Positions 20,545 to 31,490 of a stretch of 64,000 bases of DNA are shown here, piece after piece (position 1 is the first letter of the stretch; every line of letters starts with the position of its first letter). A program made the position numbers and the translations under genes. The stretch comes from an uncultured Clostridium sp. (lineage in GTDB: Bacteria; Bacillota; Clostridia; TANB77; CAG-508). The notes below the pieces were generated by a model. That model made no database searches, was not told the origin of the DNA, and was given only the letters and a program-made list of their open reading frames with translations. The stretch is taken from NCBI GenBank assembly GCA_946487895.1, contig CAMLUO010000001.1, forward strand, positions 41,540 to 105,539, written 5' to 3'.

Positions 20545-20901
20545 TTAATATGGTCTATAAATATGTGTTTCTTTATATTGTCCATAAATTCTATTACTAT
20601 ATTTTTCAAAGCGTTTTTGCGCTTTATCTTCTTTTGTTTTTTTATTCTTTTTGGTATTTTCAGTTAATAATAACTTATTTTTCTTTTTAAATTTTAATTT
20701 TATAAATATATTTTTTATAAAATTATTTCTATTTCTAAATGTAAATATTATTATATATACTCCAAACTTATTTAAATGTACTTGTACATCTATCTTTTTA
20801 TTTGGAAATTCTTTTTTAGTTTCGTCGATGCTCTTTTGTACTTCATCTTTACTATATATTTTTGAATCCATATAGTATTCTAAATACTTCGTTTGGTTCA
20901 T
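20545..20901 (-). CDS. Hypothetical Lys-rich protein lying between the T-box leader and pheS
   Basis: ATG at 20901 (MNQTKYLEYY...) follows AGGATGTGAG. The stop is 12 nt before pheS. The C-terminal half is low-complexity. Confidence 0.35.
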   Translation of the reverse strand: MNQTKYLEYYMDSKIYSKDEVQKSIDETKKEFPNKKIDVQVHLNKFGVYIIIFTFRNRNNFIKNIFIKLKFKKKNKLLLTENTKKNKKTKEDKAQKRFEKYSNRIYGQYKETHIYRPY

Positions 20902-20940
20902 ATTCTCACATCCTATCAAATTTTATTTAAAATTTAATTT

Positions 20941-21200
20941 TCTAACAAAAAACCACTTCATCCTCGAATTAGGACGAAATGGCTATCTTTCGTGGTACCA
21001 CCTAAATTTATTAGCTTTCTATAACTTTATCACTAACCTCATTATTGTTTTAACGGTGTTCTACCGCTTTTCTCTACTCTTACTATTTCAAGAAAAGACC
21101 TAAAAAAGTGAAATTTCTATATAATATTATCAATGGATTCCAGCCTTTGTCCATTTTCTCTTGTGATAATTTTTCCTTATATATACTTTGCTTTTTTGTT
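20941..21200 (-). promoter_or_regulatory. T-box riboswitch leader, Phe specifier
   Basis: The minus-strand RNA has the T-box core AAUUUAGGUGGUACCACGAAAGAUAG (20983-21008). It also has a 12-bp terminator CCAUUUCGUCCU/AGGAUGAAGUGG plus U6 (20947-20982). The Stem I candidate has a specifier loop GAAAU-UUC-A (UUC at 21110-21112). Confidence 0.8.
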
Positions 21201-21215
21201 GGTTTTATATATTTG

Positions 21216-22484
21216 CTATACTTTTTCAGCAATTTCAGCTGTTTCTGCACTTCTGCCTGAGTTTCCAATCTTAATATTTCTAACATGGTCAATTTTCTCC
21301 CATGATGTTTCTCTTTTAAATAAACATTTAAAGTTTATTAGTAACCATGAACCCATGAATAATGGATAACAAATTAATCCTTTAATCATTGGTTTTATTG
21401 GTCTTCTATCTAATAGCATTGCAATTACTGCTGTACCGATAGGTAATAAGAATGTTGGTACTAAGAATTTTACTATATTAAATACTAATTCTTCGTTTGT
21501 CATTCCATTTCCTGCATACATTAAGAAGTTTGTTGCTAATATTATTAGAGTAATTATAAACATTGGTATACTTCCAATTATATATAAGAAACCATCAAAA
21601 TTCATCATTGTTTTCTTTTCTTTTGCAGCTGTTACTAGTTGTTTTGTATATTCTTTTATACATTGCATATGTCCAACTGTCCATCTGCTTCTTTGTGACC
21701 AACTTTGTGCAAATCCTGTTGGTTGTTCGTCATAACAGATTGCTTCTGTTGACCATCCTAATCTTTTACCTTTTATTATTCTTTTTAAAGAAAATTCAAT
21801 ATCTTCAGTTAATGTTACTGTTTTCAAACCACCTTCTGGTTTTATAACATCAAATCTTACCATAAATCCTGTACCATTTAATAATGGTGATAGTCCTAAA
21901 TTATATCTTGCTAAATGATAAAATCTATGCATTGTCCAGTAGAATAACGCATATCCTGCTGATATCCAGTTATCTGTTGGGTTTTTAATATCTCTATATC
22001 CTTGAACTACATCTTCACCTTGACATAGTTTTTTATTCATTGCTTTGATGAAGTTTGGGTCTACTATGTTGTCTGCATCAAATACTAAGAATGCATCGTA
22101 GTCAGCGTTTTCATCAATTTTTTGTTGTAAAAACCAGTCTAAGGCATATCCTTTTGTTTTCTTTGTTTCATCAAATCTTTCATATACTATTGCACCTGCT
22201 TCTTTTGCAATTTTTGCTGTGTTGTCTGTGCAGTTATCTGCAATAACATATATATCATATAATTCTTTATCATAGTTTTGATTTTTTAGGCTTTCAATTA
22301 AGTTTCCAACTACTGCTTCTTCATTATGTGCTGGTACTATAGCCATAAATTTGTGATTCTTGTTTACTTTTAATGGTTTTTCTTTTATTTTTACTAGTGA
22401 GCATAAACTTACCATTATTTGATATAACCAGAATATTGTAATTATCCATAACAATGCTTCTCTTAGTATATATAAATAATCCAT
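21216..22484 (-). CDS. Family 2 glycosyltransferase, membrane-embedded processive type (IcaA/PgaC-like)
   Basis: VPAHNEE, DADN, TEDIEFS and QRSRW motifs plus N- and C-terminal TM helices. Confidence 0.8.
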   Translation of the reverse strand: MDYLYILREALLWIITIFWLYQIMVSLCSLVKIKEKPLKVNKNHKFMAIVPAHNEEAVVGNLIESLKNQNYDKELYDIYVIADNCTDNTAKIAKEAGAIVYERFDETKKTKGYALDWFLQQKIDENADYDAFLVFDADNIVDPNFIKAMNKKLCQGEDVVQGYRDIKNPTDNWISAGYALFYWTMHRFYHLARYNLGLSPLLNGTGFMVRFDVIKPEGGLKTVTLTEDIEFSLKRIIKGKRLGWSTEAICYDEQPTGFAQSWSQRSRWTVGHMQCIKEYTKQLVTAAKEKKTMMNFDGFLYIIGSIPMFIITLIILATNFLMYAGNGMTNEELVFNIVKFLVPTFLLPIGTAVIAMLLDRRPIKPMIKGLICYPLFMGSWLLINFKCLFKRETSWEKIDHVRNIKIGNSGRSAETAEIAEKV

Positions 22485-22609
22485 TTTCTACCTCTCTTTT
22501 TATTTTTTCGTTTATTTAATATTATTATGCTACCTTTTCTATTATACTATTATTGTTAAAATTTTGCAATATTTTCGCGTCAATTTCTTGAATTTTTCAT
22601 GATTTTTAT

Positions 22610-23503
22610 TTAATATTCCCATTTAGGCACATATTCTTCTTCATGTTCACCTAATTCTTGTATAAATCCATTCTCTATTCCAAGTTTCTCAACATAATCT
22701 TCAATCTCATTCCACTCTTCTTTTGTCAATTTTCTATTTATTTCTTTTACTTCTTTTGCTTTATATGTTGGGAAATATTGGGCCATTATGCTGACATATG
22801 TATAATCTTCCATATTTTCTTTTATCCATTGCAAAATCTTTTTACTATTTTCAATATTATTTGGTAATACTAAATGCCTTATAATCATTCCTTTTTGCAT
22901 GATACCGTTTTCATTAAAAAGTGGTTCTCCAACTTGTCTTTGCATTTCTTTTAAAGCATTTGTTGTTATTTCAAAATAATTATCAATTTTAGAATATTTT
23001 TTTGCCATGTCATCAAAATAATATTTGAAATCTGGCAAATAGATATCCACATATCCTTCTAGCATTTTTAAAGTTTCTACTTTTTCATATCCATTTGTAT
23101 TGTATACAATTGGTATATTAAGTCCATTTTGCTTTGCAATCCTAATTGCCTCAATAATTTGTGGTACATAGCTTGTTGGTGTTACTAGATTTATATTTTC
23201 CACATTTTTTTCTTGTTGTTTTATAAAAATTTGAGCTAAATCTTCAATAGATATTTCTTTTCCTTTTCCTAATTGACTTATTTCATAATTTTGGCAAAAA
23301 ATGCAGTTTAAATTGCAGTTAGAAAAAAAGACTGTTCCTGAGCCTTTTTCTCCACTAATACATGGTTCTTCAAAATTATGAGTAGAATATAATGCTATTT
23401 TAATTGTATCTTTTGATTTGCATCTTCCTATTTGATTTTCATTTCTGTTTATATTGCATTCATGTGGACATATTTTACACTTCATTAGATACTCTTTGTA
23501 CAT
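22610..23503 (-). CDS. Radical SAM protein, pyruvate formate-lyase activase-like (PflX/COG1313 type)
   Basis: An N-terminal Cys cluster (CKICPHEC) and CNLNCIFCQN. Confidence 0.75.
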   Translation of the reverse strand: MYKEYLMKCKICPHECNINRNENQIGRCKSKDTIKIALYSTHNFEEPCISGEKGSGTVFFSNCNLNCIFCQNYEISQLGKGKEISIEDLAQIFIKQQEKNVENINLVTPTSYVPQIIEAIRIAKQNGLNIPIVYNTNGYEKVETLKMLEGYVDIYLPDFKYYFDDMAKKYSKIDNYFEITTNALKEMQRQVGEPLFNENGIMQKGMIIRHLVLPNNIENSKKILQWIKENMEDYTYVSIMAQYFPTYKAKEVKEINRKLTKEEWNEIEDYVEKLGIENGFIQELGEHEEEYVPKWEY

Positions 23504-24140
23504 ATATATTATCGCCTTCTTTTTTTAATGTTACTATTTTTTTAGTGAATTTATCTAAATTATTTTTTACTATATCTTGACTACTACTTTCTTGATTTTC
23601 TTCTACTTTTCCTATTTCTTCATCATTTAGATTTTTAATAATTATTTGAGATTCTTGAGAATAATCTTCTAAATATTCTACTATTTCTACTTCATACCCA
23701 GTATCTGTTGGGTTTATTTGATTCAACAAAAAGCAATCTTCTTCTTGGTCTAGTCCCATTCCTGTTGCATAATATTTGCCTGTTTGCTCATCATATGTAA
23801 AATTTTCTGTTCCCTCTTTTGGGAATTCTTTTGTAAAGTCTGGTCCGAATAATTCTTTTGCTTTTTCTTGAATTTGGTCATAACTTAATTCATAATCTTC
23901 TAGATTCTTTTTTACCGCTTCCCATGTCCACATGTCATTTGCATCATTTATATTTTCAAATGTAGGTAATGCTTCATTAGTCACTTCTTTCCACATATAT
24001 ATTTTTGTTATATATGTTTGTATTTGTTCTATTTCTTGTACACTTACTTGGTTGCTTGAACTTATTGCCATATTTCTATATATTATCATTCCAACAAATA
24101 TTATTAATAAAATAATTATTGCGACAATCATTTTTCTCAT
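23475..24140 (-). CDS. Hypothetical membrane-anchored protein
   Basis: N-terminal TM helix (MIVAIIILLIIFVGMIIY) and an acidic ectodomain. No family recognised. Confidence 0.45.
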   Translation of the reverse strand: MRKMIVAIIILLIIFVGMIIYRNMAISSSNQVSVQEIEQIQTYITKIYMWKEVTNEALPTFENINDANDMWTWEAVKKNLEDYELSYDQIQEKAKELFGPDFTKEFPKEGTENFTYDEQTGKYYATGMGLDQEEDCFLLNQINPTDTGYEVEIVEYLEDYSQESQIIIKNLNDEEIGKVEENQESSSQDIVKNNLDKFTKKIVTLKKEGDNIYVQRVSNEV

Positions 24141-24227
24141 TTTACCTACATTCCTCTCATGTTTTTATCTCTCGATTGTCATTTTATCACACGTATTTTT
24201 TGATTTCAATATATTTTAATTCAAAAT

Positions 24228-26252
24228 TTAATATGTCCACTCCATCACAACTTTAAATAAATCACCATCTATAACAATATCAAAAGTTCCTCTTTGTAGT
24301 TCAGTTAAGCTTTTTGCAATTGATAAACCTAATCCGCTTCCTTCAGTATATCTTGATTTATCACCTCTAACAAATCTCTGCATCAATTCATCACTACTAA
24401 TATTTAGTCTATCTTTAGAAATATTTTTTATACTAATATTAACTTTTTTATTTGTCTTTTTTACATCAATATATACTCTTGAATTTTCTTGTGCATATTT
24501 GCTAATATTGCTAAATAGATTTTCCATAATCCTAAACATATATCTATTATCTGCATCTATTCTTACATCTTCATGTGGTATATCTGTTTCTATTTGGAGA
24601 TTTCTACTTTCAAGTCTATCTTTAAATTCTCCAATTGTCTGATTTATTAATTCTTTGATATTTATGCTTTCAATATTTAATTTAACATTTCCAGAAGATG
24701 CTTTTGATGCTTCAACTAAATCTTCTGTTAATTTTTTAAGTCTTTGTGATTTAACATCTAAAATATCTATATATTCTTTAATTTTTTCATCTTTTATATC
24801 TTCTTTTTTCAATAAATCTACATAGTTTATTATAGATGTTAATGGTGTTTTTATATCATGTGATACATTTGTAATTAATTCAGTTTTTAGTCTTTCTGAT
24901 TTCAAATTTTCTTCAATTGCGTTTTTAAATCCACCTGCTATATCATTAATATATACTGCCATTTCTTTCAATGTCCCTTCAAGTTCTTGTTCGTTTATGT
25001 GAACACTGGTATCTCCGTCGTAGATTTTTTTTAAAGTTTCCTTAAGCATTTCTTCTTGTCTCACATATTTTCTTAATTTATAATATGCCCATATCCAAAA
25101 AGCTATTACGATTAATATTGCTATTCCTGTTACAAACATACTTAGAAGTATTGTTGTTATTAACACAAATCCCCAATAAAGCCAGAATACCTTTTTAGTG
25201 TTAGATGTCTTATTTTTGAATTCGTCTGTATATTTTTTTATCTTATTTTTACACCATCTTAATATTTTATATGTTAAAAAACTTCTCCAAAATTGTTTTG
25301 CTTTTATTCTTTTTATTGTTGTGATTGTTAGTGCTGCTGTCATTACATAACAAATTATATATGAAATTATTAATATTGTTACAAATATATAATTAAAACT
25401 ATCTGTTACACTATTTACTGCTATTGCCCAGAACATTGGTATTATGCAGCAAAATAGTAAAAATACTAATTCATATGGAAGTTCGTCTATAAAGTTTAAA
25501 GTTATTCCTTCTTTTCCTTTTTTGTGTCCAATTGCCCATAATAGATATATTGCTATTATTGTTAATAATATTAAACTGATTGCTAGTGCATATACCGGTA
25601 ATTTTTGATTTGAAGTGACAAATTGGTATATATCTTGTGTTGTTACAAAATCGAATGATTGCTCTGTTCTTGTTTGATTATATGATGTGTATATATCATA
25701 ATCTCTTAAAGTTTTTGCAGTTTCATCTATTAATACTGGTTGTGTATCAATCATTTCATGATAATATGTATAATCATATTTCATATTATCTTGGTTCATA
25801 TAATTTATGTCTGTTTGTATCTGCCCATTTACAATATTCCAATAATATGGATTTGAACTATTTTCATTCATAGTTTGTTGATAGTCATTGCTTTTTATGT
25901 TTGTATACATTTTGCCTGTTTCTTTATCTATTATTATATAATTTATACAGATTTCTGAATCATGATTATAATCTTCTGAATAATAATATTGTTGTCCCTT
26001 TGAATCTTCTAATTGTATGTATTGTCCTGTTTCTTCACTTCTTTCGGCTTTTCCTACTTTATCTAATACAGAGTAGAAATATTTATCTGCAAACCATTGA
26101 CTTTGCTTATATTCTGTTGCTATATTATCATTCATTTCAAATTCATTTAGATATGTTATATGAACTATGCTAAGAAATAATATTGCAGCTAATATTGGAA
26201 TTAATATATAACATAATATTTTTAAAATAGATGATTCTCTTAATTTCTCCAT
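24228..26252 (-). CDS. Sensor histidine kinase with a large N-terminal extracytoplasmic domain
   Basis: H-box SHDIKTPLTSI, N/G boxes (NLFSNISKY, GSGLGLSI) and multiple TM helices. Confidence 0.88.
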   Translation of the reverse strand: MEKLRESSILKILCYILIPILAAILFLSIVHITYLNEFEMNDNIATEYKQSQWFADKYFYSVLDKVGKAERSEETGQYIQLEDSKGQQYYYSEDYNHDSEICINYIIIDKETGKMYTNIKSNDYQQTMNENSSNPYYWNIVNGQIQTDINYMNQDNMKYDYTYYHEMIDTQPVLIDETAKTLRDYDIYTSYNQTRTEQSFDFVTTQDIYQFVTSNQKLPVYALAISLILLTIIAIYLLWAIGHKKGKEGITLNFIDELPYELVFLLFCCIIPMFWAIAVNSVTDSFNYIFVTILIISYIICYVMTAALTITTIKRIKAKQFWRSFLTYKILRWCKNKIKKYTDEFKNKTSNTKKVFWLYWGFVLITTILLSMFVTGIAILIVIAFWIWAYYKLRKYVRQEEMLKETLKKIYDGDTSVHINEQELEGTLKEMAVYINDIAGGFKNAIEENLKSERLKTELITNVSHDIKTPLTSIINYVDLLKKEDIKDEKIKEYIDILDVKSQRLKKLTEDLVEASKASSGNVKLNIESINIKELINQTIGEFKDRLESRNLQIETDIPHEDVRIDADNRYMFRIMENLFSNISKYAQENSRVYIDVKKTNKKVNISIKNISKDRLNISSDELMQRFVRGDKSRYTEGSGLGLSIAKSLTELQRGTFDIVIDGDLFKVVMEWTY

Positions 26253-26275
26253 TTTTTATTTCATTCCTTTCTTAC

Positions 26276-26977
26276 TTATTTTTCAATATTCTCTATTTTG
26301 TAGCCAATCCCCCATATAACCTTCAAATATCTAGGTTCTTTTGGATTTATCTCAATCTTTTCTCTTATGTGTCTTATATGTACTGCTATAATATTTTCTG
26401 CTCCATAGCTTTCTTCTTTCCAAACATTTTCATATATTTGTGGAATAGAATACACCTTTCCTTTGTTTTTTAATAAGAATTTCAATATATTAAACTCTGT
26501 TGCTGTTAATTTTACTTCTTTGCCATCTACTGTAACTTTTTTAGTTTCATCATCAAGTATTAATTCTCCTGTTCTATATATTTGTTTATTGTCTTTTTTC
26601 TCCATTGCGCCTAATGACACATAACGTCTTATTTGTGAATTTACTCTTGCAATTAGTTCTAATGGATTAAATGGTTTTGTAATATAATCATCTGCTCCTT
26701 GATTTAATCCACCTATTTTGTCATAATCTTCAGATTTTGCTGACAAGAGAATTACTGGTATAGATTTATCTTTTCTTAATTCTTCTAATGTCTCTAATCC
26801 GTCTTTTTCTGGCATCATGATGTCTAGAATTATTAGATGTATTTCATTTTCCTTTACTTTTTCTAATGCTTCATTTCCATTGTAGGCTTTTATTATGTTA
26901 TACCCTTCCTTTTTTAAATAAATTTCAATTGCTCCTACTATTTCTCTATCATCATCAACAACTAAAATATTGTACAT
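26276..26977 (-). CDS. OmpR-family response regulator
   Basis: MYNILVVDDD...LDIMMP receiver domain and a winged-helix C-terminus (LT..EF.IL..L, V.IR.IREKI). ATG at 26977. Confidence 0.9.
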   Translation of the reverse strand: MYNILVVDDDREIVGAIEIYLKKEGYNIIKAYNGNEALEKVKENEIHLIILDIMMPEKDGLETLEELRKDKSIPVILLSAKSEDYDKIGGLNQGADDYITKPFNPLELIARVNSQIRRYVSLGAMEKKDNKQIYRTGELILDDETKKVTVDGKEVKLTATEFNILKFLLKNKGKVYSIPQIYENVWKEESYGAENIIAVHIRHIREKIEINPKEPRYLKVIWGIGYKIENIEK

Positions 26978-27060
26978 TGTAAATCCCTTTCCTTTCATTT
27001 TCTGATAATAGTATACCACAAATATTATGAAGAAAAAATAGAGAAAAAATTAATTTTTTA

Positions 27061-27558
27061 TTAATATGTTCGTACACCTGATATATGAATAAATCTAATC
27101 TTTTGAAATAAATATTCTGAAATTGCCTTATTAAAGCTATCAAATGTATGTGAAGCAATTTTAATTTTGGATAATGTGAATTTATTTTCAATATTTACAA
27201 TCATTAAAGTATGCTCAAATTTATCTCCATCAAAGGATAATTGAGCTATATCACCTATTTCTATTTCATTTATTTTAGCTTCTTTTCCATATGGACCTAC
27301 ACTTTTATTATTTATCAAAAACTTATATAAAAAGTCTACTCCACTCCAAGACGGAGATTTATTGTTTCCGTTTATATAATACCAGCCTACATCTTTTGTG
27401 TAATTCATAACCTTTGCACCTGCAAATATGCATTGAGATACAAAACTTGTACAATCTCCTCCAACATTATCAAAGTTATAGTATTTTGGATTTCTTGATA
27501 ATGCCCACTTTTTTGCATATTCAATTACTTTATTTCTATCATATAATAACTCTTTCAA
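27061..27558 (-). CDS. Putative amidase domain protein (Amidase_6-like)
   Basis: YDR.KAV.YA..WA...NP.Y..F...GGDCT.FVSQC..AG pattern. Confidence 0.65.
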   Translation of the reverse strand: MKELLYDRNKVIEYAKKWALSRNPKYYNFDNVGGDCTSFVSQCIFAGAKVMNYTKDVGWYYINGNNKSPSWSGVDFLYKFLINNKSVGPYGKEAKINEIEIGDIAQLSFDGDKFEHTLMIVNIENKFTLSKIKIASHTFDSFNKAISEYLFQKIRFIHISGVRTY

Positions 27559-27652
27559 CTATATCCCACCTTCTTATTTTCCAACAAATATTTGTATATA
27601 TCATTTATATTTATATAAGGATGTCTATTATACAAGAACACACCAAAAAAAT

Positions 27653-27680
27653 GTCGCATGAGAAACGTCCCCAATGCGAC
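27653..27680. terminator. Hairpin terminator downstream of clpX with a GGGGACG-type loop
   Basis: GTCGCAT-gagaaacgtcccca-ATGCGAC flanked by T/A runs on both strands. Confidence 0.6.
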
Positions 27681-27686
27681 ACTTTT

Positions 27687-29003
27687 TTATGCTGCAGGTG
27701 TTTGTCTTTTCTTTTTACCTGTAGGCTTATCACTATTTTCTTCCTTGTTTTTATTTTTATTTATAACTAATTCTGGCCCTTTATTCTCCAAAATTGTTTC
27801 TTTTGTTATAATACATTTTTCTATATCTGGATTAGATGGTATTTCAAACATGATGTCTCTCATTCTTTCTTCTATTATTGAACGAAGTCCTCTTGCCCCT
27901 GTTTTTCTTTCAATTGCTTTATCAACAATTGCTTCTAAGGCTTCTTGTTTAAATACTAATTCTACTCCATCTATTTCAAATAGTTTTTGATATTGTTTTA
28001 CCAATGAATTTTTAGGTTCTACTAATATTTGTATTAAAGCATCTCTATCTAAGTCTTTTAGTGTTGCTACTATTGGCAATCTTCCTATAAATTCTGGTAT
28101 TAGTCCGAATTTTAATAAATCTTGTGGTAATAGTTCTTGGAATATTTCATATTTATTGATTTCTTTTTGGCTTTTTATTTGTGTTCCAAATCCTATTGCT
28201 TTTTCACCAGTTCTGTCTTTTATGATGTTTTCAAGTCCTTCAAAAGCTCCCCCACATATTATTAAAATGTTTTCTGTGTTTATTTGTATTAATTCTTGGT
28301 TAGGATGTTTTCTTCCTCCTTGTGGTGGTACTGATGCAATTGTTCCTTCTATTATTTTTAATAATGCTTGTTGTACTCCTTCACCACTTACATCTCTAGT
28401 TATTGATGGATTTTCTGATTTTCTTGTTATTTTGTCTATTTCATCAATATATATAATTCCTTTTTCTGCTTTTTGAATGTCCCCATCTGCTGCTTGTATT
28501 AATTTTAGTAAGATATTTTCAACATCTTCTCCAACATATCCTGCTTCTGTTAATGTTGTTGCATCTGCTATTGCAAATGGTACATTTAAGATTTTTGCTA
28601 ATGTTCTTGCTAAAAGTGTTTTTCCACAACCAGTTGGTCCTAATAATAAGATATTACTTTTTTGTATTTCTATATCATTTTTGTTTGAAACTTCTTCATG
28701 TGCTACTCTTTTATAATGATTATATACTGCTACTGATAATGTTTTTTTAGCTTCTTCTTGACCAATTACATAGTCATCTAAGACTTCTTTTATTTCTTTA
28801 GGACTTGGTATATCATTTAATTCGTTTAAACTGTATCCTGCTTTTTCATCTTCATATAATTCTGCTTCTATTATGCTATTGCAAAGCTCTACACATTCAT
28901 CACAAATATATACCCCTGGTCCTGCTACTATTTTTCTTACATTTTCTTGTGACTTACCACAAAATGAACATCTTACACTTTTAGGTGCGTTATTCTTCGC
29001 CAT
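27687..29003 (-). CDS. clpX: ATP-dependent Clp protease ATP-binding subunit ClpX
   Basis: Zinc-binding N-terminus (CSFCGK...CDEC), GPTGCGKT and IIYIDEIDK. Confidence 0.95.
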   Translation of the reverse strand: MAKNNAPKSVRCSFCGKSQENVRKIVAGPGVYICDECVELCNSIIEAELYEDEKAGYSLNELNDIPSPKEIKEVLDDYVIGQEEAKKTLSVAVYNHYKRVAHEEVSNKNDIEIQKSNILLLGPTGCGKTLLARTLAKILNVPFAIADATTLTEAGYVGEDVENILLKLIQAADGDIQKAEKGIIYIDEIDKITRKSENPSITRDVSGEGVQQALLKIIEGTIASVPPQGGRKHPNQELIQINTENILIICGGAFEGLENIIKDRTGEKAIGFGTQIKSQKEINKYEIFQELLPQDLLKFGLIPEFIGRLPIVATLKDLDRDALIQILVEPKNSLVKQYQKLFEIDGVELVFKQEALEAIVDKAIERKTGARGLRSIIEERMRDIMFEIPSNPDIEKCIITKETILENKGPELVINKNKNKEENSDKPTGKKKRQTPAA

Positions 29004-29116
29004 TTTCTCTTCTCCATTCTCTTTACTATTTTTCTTATTGTATAGGAAAAATCCGCTTTTATCTTGACCATATATAAGATTTTTCCGTATACAAAAAGGT
29101 TAATTTTCCTTTGTAC

Positions 29117-29180
29117 GTGTAATAATCGCGAAGCGATTTTACACATCAGGACGTCGAAATCTTTGATTTCGCTAACGTCC
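29117..29180 (-). other. Two adjacent GC-rich stem-loops in the clpP-clpX spacer
   Basis: GGACGU-uag-CGAAAUC-aaa-GAUUUCG-ACGUCC, then GUGUAA-a-AUCGC-uuc-GCGAU-ua-UUACAC (RNA sense). Neither is followed directly by a U tract. Confidence 0.5.
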
Positions 29181-29187
29181 AATTTTC

Positions 29188-29793
29188 TTATTTTCTTTTG
29201 TCCATAATTCCGTCTATTAATCCATATTTTAATGCTTCTTCAGCTGTCATGTAATTATCTCTTTCAGTATCTTTTTGGATTGTTTCAACAGTTTGACCTG
29301 TTCTTTCACTTAGGAATTTATTTAATTTTTCTCTTGTTTTAACTAAGTGGTCTGCATGTATTTTGATTTCTGTCGCTTGACCTGAAAGTCCGCCACCACC
29401 GATTAATGGTTGGTGAATTAAGATTTCAGCATTTGGTGTTGCAAATCTTTTTCCTTTTTCTCCGGCTGCAAGTAATGCTGCTCCCATGCTTGCTGCCATT
29501 CCGATACATATTGTTGATACTGGACATTTGATATAATTCATTGTATCTATTATACCCATTCCATCTGTTATTGATCCACCTGGTGAATTTATATATAAAT
29601 TGATATCTTTGTCTGGGTCTTCTGATTCTAAGAATAATAATTGTGCAATTACTAGACTTGCTGTTGTTGCATTTACGTCTTCTCCTAAAAATATTATTCT
29701 ATCTTTTAATAATCTTGAGAAAATATCATATGATCTTTCTCCTTTGCTTGTTTGTTCGATTACATATGGTACTAAACTATTTTTTTCTAACAT
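29188..29793 (-). CDS. clpP: ATP-dependent Clp protease proteolytic subunit
   Basis: [28 protein letters not shown]. Confidence 0.95.
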   Translation of the reverse strand: MLEKNSLVPYVIEQTSKGERSYDIFSRLLKDRIIFLGEDVNATTASLVIAQLLFLESEDPDKDINLYINSPGGSITDGMGIIDTMNYIKCPVSTICIGMAASMGAALLAAGEKGKRFATPNAEILIHQPLIGGGGLSGQATEIKIHADHLVKTREKLNKFLSERTGQTVETIQKDTERDNYMTAEEALKYGLIDGIMDKRK

Positions 29794-29960
29794 AATTCTA
29801 TTCCTCCTTGTTTTCCTTTATTAATTATATACCATTATTTTGAAATATAAACAATAGTTTTTAATTTTTTTGTTAAATTTATATATAAGTTTAATATAAA
29901 TGATAAGTAACAAATAAATGCTAAAAGCTAGGATACTTTTTACACCCCAGCTTTTATCTA

Positions 29961-31247
29961 TTATTTCATTTTTGCATTTTTTACTAAAAATTCTATTGCT
30001 TTTTGTGATGTTAATCCATCTTTAATGTAATTTCTTACATTTTCATTTTTCATGAATTCTTCATCATTTTCTTTTCCATAATTTTTAGCCATTTCTTTCA
30101 TTTTTTCGTCAACTTCTTCTTCTGTTGCTTCTATTTTTTCAGCTTTTATTACTGCCTCTAAAGCTAAACGTGATTTTATACTATCTATTGCTTGAGGTTC
30201 ATATTCTTTTCTCATTTCTTCAGTAGTTTTACCCATCATTTGAAGATATTGTTCTAATTTTAATCCTTGATATGATAATCTTTGTTCAATATCTTTTATC
30301 ATGTTGTCTACTTCAGTTTCAATCATTCCTGATGGAATATCTACTTTTACATTTTCACAAACTGCTTTTATTACTGCATCTTCAGTTTCATATTTTGCTT
30401 TATCATCATTTTGTTTTTGTTGTTTTTTCTTTATATCTTCTTTTAATTCTTTTAATGTATCAAATTCGCTTACATCTTTTGCAAATTCGTCATCTAGTTT
30501 TGGTAATTCTTTTTTCTTTATTTCATGTAATTTAACTTTAAATGTTGCATCTTTTCCAGCTAATTCTTTTGAGAAATATTCTTCTGGGAATTTAACATTT
30601 ATATCTTTTTCTTCATCAATTTTCATTCCAATTATTTGGTCTTCAAATCCTGGTATAAATGTGTTACTTCCTATTTCTAATTCATGACCTTCTGCTTTTC
30701 CACCGTCAAATGCTTTTCCATCAACAAATCCTTCAAAGTCAATTGTTGCAATATCTCCGCTTTCTACTGGTCTGTCTTCTACTGTAATCATTCTTGCATT
30801 GTGTTCTTGCATATGACTTAATTCATGATTTACGTCTTCTGCTGTTACTTTGTATTCTATTTTTTTGATTTCTACTCCTTTATATTTTCCAAGTTCAGCT
30901 TCTGGTTTTGTTTGCATTACTGCTGTAAATATTAAGTCTTTTCCTTTTTCTATTTGTGTTACATCAATATCAGGTCTTGATACAACATATAAATCGTTTT
31001 CTTTTACTGCTTCATCTAATGCTTCTCCTGCTACTTCATTGAAAGCATCTTCATAAAAGATTTCTTTTCCATAATATTTTTCTACTATATTCATTGGTGC
31101 TTTACCTTTTCTGAATCCTGGTATATTAAAATATTTTGCACTTTTGAAGTATACTTTTTTTATTGCATCATTAAATTTTTCTGCTTCTACTGTTATTTCT
31201 AATTTTACTTCATTTGCGTTTTTTGTTTTTTCAACTTTACATTTCAT
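29961..31247 (-). CDS. tig: Trigger factor
   Basis: GFRKGKAP motif and an FKBP-type middle domain. ATG at 31247 follows AGAAAGGA. Confidence 0.92.
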   Translation of the reverse strand: MKCKVEKTKNANEVKLEITVEAEKFNDAIKKVYFKSAKYFNIPGFRKGKAPMNIVEKYYGKEIFYEDAFNEVAGEALDEAVKENDLYVVSRPDIDVTQIEKGKDLIFTAVMQTKPEAELGKYKGVEIKKIEYKVTAEDVNHELSHMQEHNARMITVEDRPVESGDIATIDFEGFVDGKAFDGGKAEGHELEIGSNTFIPGFEDQIIGMKIDEEKDINVKFPEEYFSKELAGKDATFKVKLHEIKKKELPKLDDEFAKDVSEFDTLKELKEDIKKKQQKQNDDKAKYETEDAVIKAVCENVKVDIPSGMIETEVDNMIKDIEQRLSYQGLKLEQYLQMMGKTTEEMRKEYEPQAIDSIKSRLALEAVIKAEKIEATEEEVDEKMKEMAKNYGKENDEEFMKNENVRNYIKDGLTSQKAIEFLVKNAKMK

Positions 31248-31278
31248 TCTATTCAATCCTTTCTTGCTTTCTAATGAC

Positions 31279-31332
31279 AGGGGACACACCTTACTCTTTG
31301 GTCATTTCTAATTAAGTTTAGGAATGTCCCCT
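31279..31332. repeat. AGGGGACA ... TGTCCCCT inverted repeat upstream of tig
   Basis: 8-bp GC-rich arms separated by about 38 nt. Shares the GGGGAC core with the other dispersed hairpins. Confidence 0.45.
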
Positions 31333-31490
31333 ACCAATTCATTTTTCTAAAGCCTATTTATTATACCACATTTTTCCTAATTTGCAAGGAATTTTTCATA
31401 ATTTTCAAAAAATACTTGTTTTTTTTATTTTTTTGTGGTAAACTTGTAAATAGTCAATTTATTTATGAAATTTAGGAGGTGCAGTTAAGA

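Noticed and set aside
26955-27191. Small ORFs in or overlapping intergenic regions (26955-27191, 28973-29182, 21083-21292, 47769-47954)
   Set aside because: They have no RBS, overlap better-supported genes or leaders, and give low-complexity translations.
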